Assembly (NCBI RefSeq): GCF_000143415.4
Contig: NW_003314508.1
Location: forward strand, 1 to 20,938
Source: Selaginella moellendorffii
Taxonomy: Eukaryota; Plantae; Lycopodiophyta
Length of the DNA: 20,938 bases
Reading direction: 5' to 3'
Positions 1 through 10,204 of the stretch are shown here, in pieces (position 1 is the stretch's first letter; each line of letters starts with the position of its first letter). The translations under genes and the position numbers were made by a program. The notes below the pieces were generated by a model. That model worked only from the letters and a program-made list of their open reading frames with translations. It searched no databases and was not told the origin of the DNA.

Positions 1-9
1 AAGACTTAC

Positions 10-369
10 CATTTGAAGCCGAATGGAGGCGTGACAACCGGACTCGCTGGCGAATGTGCACTGTGTGTGCAGCGGATCGTAGCAGCAAGGCTACTCTGCC
101 ACTTACAGTTGGAGAGTGGCGCTGAAATCTCCCGGGACGCCAAGTGGGCTGCGTGTGGGTGGCGGAGTGGGCGGCGGAGTTAGCGGCGAAGTTACAAACT
201 GGGTGTGTCTTGAAGTGGACGCCGATGCACACGAGCGCGATGCGAGCGCGAGTGTGATGCAAGCGCGAGTGGACGCCGATGCACACGAGAAACCTGTAGA
301 GAAGTGGGAGCGCGAGTGGGAGCGCGATGCGAGCGCGAGTACGAAGCAAAATGCAAAACCTAACCTCAC
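10..369 (-). other. Possible 5' end (first exons/UTR) of a minus-strand gene running off the left edge
   Basis: The minus strand has GTAAGT donors at 106 and 9 and an acceptor ...cacacag at 61, giving a 46-nt intron (61-106). The exon 10-60 ends in ...caaATG|gtaagt. The region is GC-rich with ACGTCATCATT repeats upstream. No product is recognisable. Confidence 0.3.
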
Positions 370-531
370 ACGCGCGAAATGTCACGACGGTTGGTAATCC
401 CGCCACGTCATCATTTCTCGGACTTGGGCGCCACCATTAATTTCTGGATCGGCGCGCGCATGCGTGAAATCCAAAAGAAATCCGCAACGTCATCATTCCT
501 CGGACTGCATGCACGCGAAATCCAAAAGAAA
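215..531. repeat. Cluster of short GC-rich direct repeats
   Basis: gtggacgccgatgcacacgag x2 (215, 269); gagcgcgatgcgagcgcgagt x2 (233, 320); acgtcatcattYctcggact x2 (405, 487); gaaatccaaaagaaa x2 (466, 517). Confidence 0.85.
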
Positions 532-661
532 GATCATGATTGGGATATCATTTAATACCCTCGCTATATTTATACCATGCATGATTGGATATTCCAAAGC
601 ATCTTGTATTTCCAAAAATGCCAGATGTTCAGCTAAATAAATTGTCAGAGGATGACGTTCA

Positions 662-1698
662 AGCATGTGGGCTCATGCAATTTTGATCCCAAAAAATGCA
701 CCAAAAAATGCTCGGCGTCATCTGGCGTTATCTCTTGAATGGCGTGGGGCCGCATGCCATTTTCAGGAGCACATAGGAGTATATTCCTAGAATATTCTGA
801 CATGCGCGAGATTGTTTTGAGTTTCCTGGAGATCCAACCGTTAGATCGCAACTAGATTTTACAGAATGGTATACAATGTCCTTCTTGATGACCCTGCAAA
901 GAAGCATCTCGATCGAACACCACATGAGACCACACGAGCCTTACAATGTTTCAGGGGCATTTGCCATAGATCCGATCGTTATTTTGCTCCAAGATTCTAC
1001 AGTTTGGTGTGCATTGACCTTTCCATCGACACTGCAAAGGGACATCACAATCAGATGCGGGATCACAAGAAACCAACTTCACTAACTCTGGTTTCACCAA
1101 GATCTACGTAAGGAGTTATGAAATGAAAGGACCCTCTCTATTGAAATGTGTTTATGGTCCTAGGGGCATTGTGACATATCAAAGGATTTTGCATCAAGTT
1201 CTGTATTTGCATGTTTATCAAGCTACTGAATTGCTAAACCCTAAACCCTAAACCCTAACCCTAAACATGTGGCAAATGCTGCGTGAAGAAAGATGCCCTT
1301 TCTGGGCAAATGCTGTAAGAGGCAGATGCCGAGCAAATGTATCTCAGGCTAGCGAAGGGGACAAACGAAAGCTAGCTATAAACATGACGGGATGCAAATA
1401 GATTACTAGGCTGGTCCTGCGAAAATCAAAAACCATAATTGAAAACATTGAAAATGCAAAAAGAAAAGTTTATAATATTTTTGAATTTTAAGCAACCAAA
1501 GGAATGTAAGTAGGGCATGTGTTTGTAAGTTTAAAAATGCCTCAGCCATATAAATTCCCAAGTAAATAAAGCTATTTCTATTTTTGGTACAGGTAAACTT
1601 TATAGCGTGTGGGCTCATGCAATTTTGAACCCAAAAATGCACCAAAAGATGCTCGACTAGCATTATTCTTTGAATGGCATGTGGCCTTATATTGCCAT
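662..1698 (+). repeat. ~95-bp diverged direct repeat (662-761 and 1604-1698)
   Basis: Both copies read gcRtgtgggctcatgcaattttgaWcccaaaa..tgcaccaaaa.atgctcg...ttgaatggcRtg.gg...tgccat. Each has two palindromic motifs separated by a spacer. Confidence 0.9.
1234..1266. repeat. Short interstitial plant telomere-type (CCCTAAA)n tract / telo-box cluster
   Basis: ctaaaccctaaaccctaaaccctaaccctaaac: about 4.5 units, including one CCCTAA variant. Confidence 0.9.
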
Positions 1699-1802
1699 AA
1701 ATGGACGTACACACACAGCATAATTATTCCTTTACACGGCGAATAATCTTGGCGCGGATCGCTGACATGGCATGGTAAAGTTCGAATCACTGATATGGCA
1801 CA

Positions 1803-2411
1803 NNNNNNNNNNNNNNNNNNNNNNNNNNNNNNNNNNNNNNNNNNNNNNNNNNNNNNNNNNNNNNNNNNNNNNNNNNNNNNNNNNNNNNNNNNNNNNNNNN
1901 NNNNNNNNNNNNNNNNNNNNNNNNNNNNNNNNNNNNNNNNNNNNNNNNNNNNNNNNNNNNNNNNNNNNNNNNNNNNNNNNNNNNNNNNNNNNNNNNNNNN
2001 NNNNNNNNNNNNNNNNNNNNNNNNNNNNNNNNNNNNNNNNNNNNNNNNNNNNNNNNNNNNNNNNNNNNNNNNNNNNNNNNNNNNNNNNNNNNNNNNNNNN
2101 NNNNNNNNNNNNNNNNNNNNNNNNNNNNNNNNNNNNNNNNNNNNNNNNNNNNNNNNNNNNNNNNNNNNNNNNNNNNNNNNNNNNNNNNNNNNNNNNNNNN
2201 NNNNNNNNNNNNNNNNNNNNNNNNNNNNNNNNNNNNNNNNNNNNNNNNNNNNNNNNNNNNNNNNNNNNNNNNNNNNNNNNNNNNNNNNNNNNNNNNNNNN
2301 NNNNNNNNNNNNNNNNNNNNNNNNNNNNNNNNNNNNNNNNNNNNNNNNNNNNNNNNNNNNNNNNNNNNNNNNNNNNNNNNNNNNNNNNNNNNNNNNNNNN
2401 NNNNNNNNNNN
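1803..2411. other. Assembly gap
   Basis: Run of N. Confidence 1.
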
Positions 2412-2529
2412 GCCTATTGCCATATTCCTTTTGCCTTGCTGCAACTGTATATATTTTTGTATGGGTGACTAGTCACGCACACAAAAATATATACAGTTGC
2501 AACAAGGCAAAAGGAATATAGCAACAGGC
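2412..2529. repeat. 118-bp loopless near-perfect palindrome
   Basis: 59-bp arms centred on GTGACT|AGTCAC (2470/2471) with 5 mismatches. It abuts the gap. Confidence 0.95.
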
Positions 2530-2547
2530 TAGCAGGGGCCAAAGATA

Positions 2548-2599
2548 GCGTGAGGCCTCATGCCATTAGTGGTACCACTAATGGCGTGAGGGCTCATGC
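2548..2599. repeat. 52-bp palindrome built from two copies of the element's palindromic motif
   Basis: gcgtgaggcctcatgccattagtggt|accactaatggcgtgagggctcatgc; 3 mismatches in 26-bp arms. Confidence 0.95.
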
Positions 2600-2745
2600 C
2601 AATTTTGTGAATGCGAAATTTCACGTGGGTGTCAATAGCATGTTTGAATAATGGCATGTGGCCTTATGCTATTTGGTATGTTATGATTTAGGCCATTCTC
2701 CAATCATTTTTTGTATGGTCTTAACTTCTTTTCTGCACTTTCAGA

Positions 2746-5700
2746 ATGGCCTTCAGGGTTGGGGAAAAGGTTTACATTTTGAATGGTGGGAAGAGAGTTG
2801 CAAAAGGGACCCTTGTGTCTATGGATCGGAACTTTGTTATACACTGTCAAAGGCTTGGGGAAGGCAATGCTGCTGTATCAGTAGAGACTGTCTTCGATGG
2901 GAATGTGGTCGCTATTGAACGAGGAGAGATGGTCGTCGGGGTAAATGTTGTTGTTGCCTTGAAAAATCTGCAGAAGAAAGCAGATGTTGGGGACAGCGCA
3001 AGTGCGACGCATGTTCCCTCCGTGGATCTTAAGAACCGTGCTACATGGATTTAGGCAAAGGTGTTTCTAAACAACCCCGAGGGGGAGGTGGTAGCTGAGG
3101 GCTTAGCCACAGTTGTCGATCCAAGAGATGCGGTTGCTAATCAAGAATTGGGCTGGGATGATATTGGAGTTGCAATTTTAGAGGTTGTTGACACAGAAGA
3201 AAACAGTCTGACTATTGGAAGCATTGTGCGGTGGAAATTGAGGCATTTAGTGTTTGAGAATGTGAAGGATTCACAATCAAACACCACTACAACTAATGAC
3301 AGAACATCTCTTCATGGGAAAAGAAAGTACACCTTCCTACAGCGCAGCCAAAGGGATCTGAGCAACGAACCGAAAAGGCAGAAAATGGCGATGGAGGTTC
3401 GAATGGTCTCGACAGTTGCTTGTTGCAAGAGGAGGTGCTGTCAACATGCTGATTGGGATGCTATTGAAGAGGAGAGAGCAAGATACAAGACATTGTCCTG
3501 GAAGGTAGCTCGCAATTTTGTGTATGAGGCATTACGGTCATCTGTTGATGCTTCAGAACATCAGGTGGGGGGCATGGTCTTCCAGAGGGGTTTGGTCTGC
3601 ATGAAGGCATGGAGAATCATTTATGGAGTCCCTCGAACCACATTCTACAGAATCAAAACTGAGTTCGAGGAACAAAGGGTTCAACAGGCAGTCCATGGGA
3701 ACGACGGTACGCACAAAACCAGGGGTCATATTGTATATGGAGAGGCAATCTTCAAGAGGTTTGTCGAGACATGTAGCGAGCAGCAACCACATAAAACCCG
3801 CCTCTTGGAAGATGGAACACGAGACACCCAACGAGTTCTCCCTTCCATGTATACCAAGGGGGCCATATTGGAAGATGTGAATCGGGAACTCCAGAGTAAT
3901 GGCTACAGGAAGCTGAGCCAATCTAGATTTAGTAGATTGTGGAGCAACAGGTTCAGGGATGTGAGTATAGGAAAGTACTCCAGCTTTTCAAAGTGTGACG
4001 AGTGCACTGCTATCAAAATGGCTTTGTCGAAGAATTCTTGCAGCGCTCAAGAGCGAGAGACGTTGGTTAGAAGGCGGCTCAACCACAACATCGAGCAGAG
4101 AAGCTGCAGGACTGCATATTATCATAACAGGATTCTCTCCATGGAGAGACCTGACTCTTACCTCTGCATCATCCACAACAAAATGGACCAGAAAAAGACG
4201 TGCTTACCTCGACTCAATCCTGCCCCCAAGGCAATCTCTTCATCCATGCAGCTGCCTGTGTCTCTGTTTGGCATAATCGCTCATGGGCATGGTGGCCAGA
4301 ACTATGGGAACTTCTTTGTACCTCTATGGGGTGGCGGGGGTGCAAACATGATGATTGCGTCCCTAGCAAAACACTTAAGGTCTCTGCAAAGTGCGCAGAC
4401 TGAGCTGAACGGCCAACCCTTGCATAAGGCCCTTGTCGATCGAACCCCATACAGGGTTCAGCTGGAGGAGGAGCAAAGGCTTGCAGTATCGCGTGGGGCC
4501 CCATGCCATCCCAGTGAATATGTTGGCCGTCAGATTGTAGGGTTATCACGTGAGGCCTCATGCCATTCCAACGAGGCTGGTCGCCCGGTGAATGCACAGC
4601 CTCATCCAAACGAAGCAGAATCTCAAGGAAGTTCTTGCGGCCGATGTGGCCTTCCACCCCATCTTCTGCTCCAAACAGACAATGCTGGCAGTGAGAACAA
4701 AAACATGTACGTCTTCGCGTACTTGGCGATGCTTGTTGCCAAAGGCATATTTGAAACGGTTACACTTGGCTTTCTCATGGTTGGGCACACTCATGAAGAC
4801 GTCGATGCCATGTTCAGTCACCTGGCAGAGTCCCTCCGGCGATCCAATGTCCTCACCCTCCCACAACTCTACGATGAATTCCAAAATTGCATCAAAGGCA
4901 CTGTTGAAGCTGCACTTGTGACAGAGGTTCCAGACTTTAAGGGGTTTGTAAGAGGCTACATCAGGGACGGATCCGAAACGCTGATTGGCCACTCCAAGCC
5001 TCTTCAGTTTCATTTCAGCATGCGTGACGGTGCTCCAGTGATGAGGTACAAGATGAGAGAATGGGACACAGTGTGGCTGCCAGTGGACGGCATTGAACTC
5101 TTCAAGAGAGATCCCATAACTGGGGAACCTATGATTCCTCAGGGTTCCCCACGGCCGATGCACCCGGATGGACTCAAAGACCAGGAAAGTATAGTGGCCG
5201 GGATTAGACAGCATATTGCCTTCTGGAAGAGGGGGTTGGTGTTTGGTGGAGAATCCTATTTTAAGAGGTGCAAGCCTTTGCTCGAATACTGGGAGAAGAT
5301 TATATCTGCTATCCAAAATGGGCCGGTTGTATATGAAGAATTGGAAGAGTCCTTTTGGCCAGAACCCAGAGCACCAGATAGTAGCGGAACAATGTCCTCT
5401 GGAAATGCAGTGACAGATAACGATGTTGAGGATCACTATTGTGGGCCGAGGAACAAGAAGCCAGATTCAGCATTCAATCCAGTACAAGTCTGCAAAGGAA
5501 TGGTCGTGCTTGTCAGACCCAGTAATAAAAAACAAATGATATGGGTGGGGCGCTACATCACTGATGCAGAGGAGGACGCGGAAACTAACTCCTTCAATGT
5601 AACTGTGGAGTGGTTCAAGCCAAGTTCCAGATATACGAAGGATTGCCTAGAAAAGAGATGGGTGCTGAATCCAAGGGATCCCAGCATGAGCATATTGGTG

Positions 5701-5884
5701 GATAATGTTGTGCATGGTTGGATGCGGAAGCAGAGTGCCACCATCACCTTGCCAGACCATGCAAGAGATGCAGCAAGAGCATTCATAACCCGGGTTCAAG
5801 GTGAGATTTAATATTCCTTTACTAAGATTCTAATGTATTTTATTTCAAGGTGAACAATCCGAATCTGAATCAGAGGAGGCGTGA
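2746..5884 (+). pseudogene. Sola-like/DUF7869-type DDD transposase (~1,030 aa) with one premature TAG at 3052-3054; predicted exons 2746-5800 and 5850-5884
   Basis: ORFs 2746-3054 and 3061-5811 are in the same frame. Motifs: CCKRRCC...VCMKAWRIIYGV, FSKCDEC...H, IIH[N]KMDQKKT.LP, LLLQTDNAGSENKN, FLMVGHTHEDVDAMFS. An acceptor tttcag lies just before the ATG. A donor caag|gtgaga at 5801, branch ctaat at 5830 and acceptor tttcaag at 5849 give a 49-nt intron and the tail GEQSESESEEA*. Confidence 0.75.
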
Positions 5885-6260
5885 TGGCATGTGGCCCTTT
5901 GCACTAGTATATCTTAATACTGGTCTGAGAAATAGAATGGCATGTGCCCTCAGGCCTTTTACTAAATCACCTTTGAAAGAAATGCAAGCCTCTATGTCGT
6001 AAAAAAAAGGTACTAGAGAAATTCCTTAATAATATGAATGTTATTTAGTTTCATGAAAATACACTAAGGGTCAAATGAGTTAAATGACTTCTCCAGACTA
6101 GCAATGCCTCTTGCTACACCTTCACAATTAGATTCGTTAGAAAAAGATAACATTGAATAATATCTAAATGTTCTCACCATTAAGTTATATGTCTGGCTAA
6201 TAGGAATGACGTTCATCTTGGAAAGCTCACCACACGCTCAATGAACAAACAAATAGTGTG

Positions 6261-6330
6261 TGCGCACATGCCATCGCTCTTCTTTAGCTTCAGATTCGGC
6301 TTGTTCACCTTGACAATGAGATTTATTATA
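6261..6330 (-). repeat. Inverted, diverged copy of the transposase's last intron end and terminal exon
   Basis: The reverse complement tcaaggtgaacaagccgaatctgaagctaaagaagagcgatggcatgtg matches tcaaggtgaacaatccgaatctgaatcagaggaggcgtgatggcatgtg at 5845-5893. Confidence 0.8.
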
Positions 6331-7324
6331 CAACCAGATGGACTCAGTCTGGACACAAAGTCACCGCGCTAGTCACCATGCCCCAGATATGTCTAGCCCC
6401 TGGACAAAAAACATATAATTTCACGTCATTTTCAAATACTTGAAAATTTGTACCTAGTCCCATTTTACTGAATAAATCCCACTTTAACGAAATAGAGCTT
6501 AAGTCAATTTCCTAGGCGTCTCCGACACCTTGCCTTGCACATTTTGTGCAACTCCACTTCCCCTCCTAGGAAGTTCTCTACTCGAGGGCACCCTCATCCT
6601 CTTTTCTATTTTTGTGCCACTATTAGCATTACGTTCCATTTATCATTATTTGTGCTAGGGCTGTCCACGGCCATATCTTTTGGCTCCTTAGTTGCTCCCT
6701 CACTTGGAGCCTTTCCTTTGCCAAATTGGAGCACTTGGGAATCTGTCCTTGGAAATCCACTTCTTTTTCCGCAATCCGTTAACATCAAACACATTAGTGT
6801 TCCTTGGCTAACTTTGCCACTTGGATTCTTTCCAATGGATTCCACGGCCCCATCTTGGGCACTCGTCTTTTGCTCCTATCCTTGGATTGTTGCACCAAGC
6901 AATATAGGATCATTACCTCCCTCCTGGAGGTATTCTTTTGGTTCCATAGCAAAGGATCTGCTTTGCCCAGATTAAGGTGTTCACCCCTAGTAAGTCTCCC
7001 CAACTGTTCTAGGCTCTCTTCCTAGCCCAATCTTGTGACCCACCCATGGGCTTGTCTCTAGAGACTATTTTCTTGAACTCATAATACCATTGTATTGTAG
7101 TAGTTCATTTCCCTTAGGTGTCCTTCCCACTTAGTCACCTTGACCAAGCCACACCTTTATCAATAGTTCAAATCAACACTTTGAACTAGGAATCATATTC
7201 CTTAACCCAAACAAAGACCTTGTCCTTGTTTAGCCATAAAATCACCTAGTGATCTCATCTTGACCCTTTAATAGGTCTACCAATAGGAATTAGGTCTTCC
7301 CGACCTTACTAAGTTGTTGACTAT

Positions 7325-7667
7325 GACCCCGGGGGCATCCCCCACACTTGGCGGTGCGCCCAAGCTAGCCCTTCCGGCCAAGGATCCATAGCAACTGAGA
7401 CTGGGTGTCCCCATCTCATTCACCACGTCCTTGGTGCCTTTTGCACCAAAGTGTTCAAGTTAGATATACTGAGCTTTCACTCTAAGCAATCTAACCATGC
7501 ATCACGACTCCGGGGCATCCCCTGTTTGGCGGTGTGCCCAAGCCAATCTCCTCATTGAGAGTCCATGACCACCGAAATATGAGTGTCCTCATATTCCAAA
7601 CCATCACCACGCCCTAGCGATTTGGGACTCGAACCCAAGCACTAGAGGGTCGGGACTCAAACCCAAC
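7325..7667 (-). other. Duplicated multi-hairpin module (7325-7449 and 7506-7648) plus two tRNA T-arm-like hairpins
   Basis: Four aligned hairpins per copy, with changed stems and mostly conserved loops. ttgggttcgagtcccaa on the minus strand at 7622-7638 and a variant at 7649-7667. Confidence 0.7.
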
Positions 7668-10189
7668 CTCCGTATATGCATCTACGGACGGCATTACCCA
7701 GGATGCCTGGCGTGACTCCCCACGCCGGTGCACCAACTTATACTCAAAGCGCGTTATAGATCACAGCTTAGGAACCTAGTTCCTCCACATTGCCAAGTCC
7801 TCTCACTTGACAAGTCTATGATCATGCATGGACTCCTCCATGCTTGGCCCCATGGCCCACCCTTTTTTAAGTTATCACCTTCAACTAGGGTATTTGTTCC
7901 CCTGACTTGCCAATCTCGCTTTAGCAAGTCCTCTGACCACTGTAACATGGTTCCTACACAAGCGTGAAAGCCCTTGATCATCGACTTTCGTTCAAAGCCC
8001 TCTCTTTGAACACTCGGGAACTACTTCCCTAACCTTGATAGCCTTGCCTCATGGCAAGCTTCAAGACCACGCTTCTGCTGCGCCACTCTGATTTCGCGCG
8101 TGCTTTGAACCATTTACACTTGGCCTTTCTAGGTACTAAGCTACCTAGAATCATCTTTGGGAACCTTGAAAGAACTCTGTCCCTTAGCTTGCTAAGGCCT
8201 CCCTTTTTGCAAGCTTTCCAATTACCATATAGTCTAAGATGGACAATTTCATATTTTAGACTCTCCATGGCATCACGGTTGCTAGCGGCAACACCCTCGA
8301 GCCCCCACTTGATTCTCCACTCCCAACTGGCATAACCAACCTTGGTTATGCCCTTCGATTCTTATGGTTTGGTTCTACCCCCATACTTCTTGCTTTTGGC
8401 TTCACACCTTTCTTCAGTCATTCTCCTCCAGACCAGGAAGATAGCTTTGCACTTTTTATCATGCCTTAGCAAGTATTCTTAGGGATGAACCTACCCGATA
8501 GCCTAGGGAGTGGTTCCTCAATCCAGGTATGCTCACCCTATAATCCCACACACCGAGATTACGTTGTTGCTTATGGGCCTTTACATGCCCATCGCTAGCC
8601 TTGCCAAAATTCCATTTCTGGCTTTGTCCAATTCCAGTAGACAATCTTCTCCTATCTCCGCCACCTTGGACATTTGGATAGCACCTTCTATCCCTCATTT
8701 GCTAGGGACTTAGTCCCTTGGGCCTTATCTATTGCCTTCATGACATCAAACACCACCTCCTGGTGTTCTAGAGTGTTCGTGTGTCCCAATGATGGCCTCC
8801 TGATAATGAGTATTTCCTTTCATGATATTGACTTACTATATCGCAACATAAGCAACTTATCTCCCGTAAGGGTATATCCAATTTCCTTATGCCATTAAGA
8901 AAGCTTGGGTAGCTACCTTCTACCCAATTAACCAATTATTTTGCACCTCTTGCTTAGTTGCCTCATAGTTGTCAAGTCCTACAACTCATTGCTGGTGCTT
9001 CCACACCTCCATCATTATCTGGGTCACCACACTCCAATTGCATGCTCTGCAGCTTAGGCTCTGCCATTCCCATTTCCATTGGGATTCCTTTGGCAAGGGG
9101 TTCTCATGAACCCACCAACATAGCCTCAAGGTATTACACCTTGGCACATTTGGTGTCTCCACACCATCGGCTCCACGAGCCTACCTTTATGACACTTCTT
9201 CTTTGTGTCTAAGTCCTTGCCAAGACCAATACCACTCTTTCTCATGCCAACCATCTGTTAGCACTGCACCATAGTGGTCACACACAACTTTGTGTCAAAG
9301 TTGTTTTCTTTTGGGAACACCCTTCCCACGACTTTAGCATGGCACATTTTGCCATCGATGAGATACCCTCTGTTCTCATCCTTGGATCCCATGATCCCCC
9401 CCATCCTTCGTGGGGTACCACATACCTCAGTCCAAATGCTTCCATCAGTCCTTTAGGATTATTCCTTGACTCTATTGGAGTCATCCAGCCTTTTGGACTT
9501 TGTCATCTAACGACCCATGAGGTCCTACCTTTGAGGTGCCAGCTCACTGGAATACAACTTCTTGTATTCAGGTCCTACTCACAAGGACCATCTTTGCAAG
9601 TGTTACTCCGACACTTGATTTGTTCTCTGGGGCAACTTTTGCCCCTTAGGACTACTTGTCCATGTGATGAGAATACCAACTCATCTCTAAGTACACCCCC
9701 CAACTCCTTGGGTTGTTCCAGCATTTATTAAAGGTAGCCCCGGCTACCATTTCAAGGACTTGAGTCCTCTTCCGTATTTGACCTCCCATGGTCATCACTT
9801 CAAGTCTCACATTCATGAGCACTAACCTCAACTATATGAGGATAATCTTGTGACTCCTTTATTGTTTTGGAGTCTTTATCTTTCCCGTGATCCCAGCTAT
9901 AGTTGTTTACCACAACTACATTAGCCAGTTTGCTAAGTCAAACGCTCATCTGGATCACATCCTCAACTCTCTGAGGAAAACCATATACTATTCCCAAGAT
10001 CCCAAAGTCGTTCTATTATTGGCCCTTTTCTATCCACCACATCGTGCCCAAGTTCACGCATGAACTTGAGTGGAGAGCCATGTCCTCTCGACATGCTACC
10101 CCTCAAGGATAGGCCCACTCCTAGGACTTTCCAATGCCAACATCAATGGTGATATACTTGAGCACCAATAAAAGTCGGACTAAGGAACA

Positions 10190-10201
10190 GCTCCGATACC
10201 A
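10190..10201 (-). other. Primer-binding site (tRNA-iMet)
   Basis: The minus strand reads ...tttaCA act TGGTATCGGAGC, one mismatch to the canonical TGGTATCAGAGC. Confidence 0.85.
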
Positions 10202-10204
10202 AGT

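Larger units (their letters stand above)
660..6000 (+). mobile_element. Putative Sola-like (DUF7869-type) DNA transposon; termini not defined
   Basis: A transposase-like gene flanked on both sides by repeated palindromic GCRTGDGGSCTCATGC-like motifs. No TIR/TSD pair was found by eye, so the boundaries are approximate. Confidence 0.55.

Noticed and set aside
864-1107. Possible plus-strand exon (ttttacag|aatg ... c|gtaagg)
   Set aside because: The splice signals are plausible, but there is no recognisable peptide or partner exon.
1578-2521. ORFs of 225-288 aa spanning the first gap
   Set aside because: Artefacts of the N run.
663-2673. CRISPR-like array of palindromic repeats
   Set aside because: Spacing is irregular, repeats are degenerate, there are no cas genes, and the context is eukaryotic.
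4558-5436. 292-aa antisense ORF and other overlapping ORFs in the transposase and gag-pol
   Set aside because: Shadow frames of real coding sequence with no motifs.
6318-6322. GAGAT as the matching TSD of the minus-strand LTR element
   Set aside because: It is not followed by TG or LTR sequence, and it lies within the inverted intron copy.
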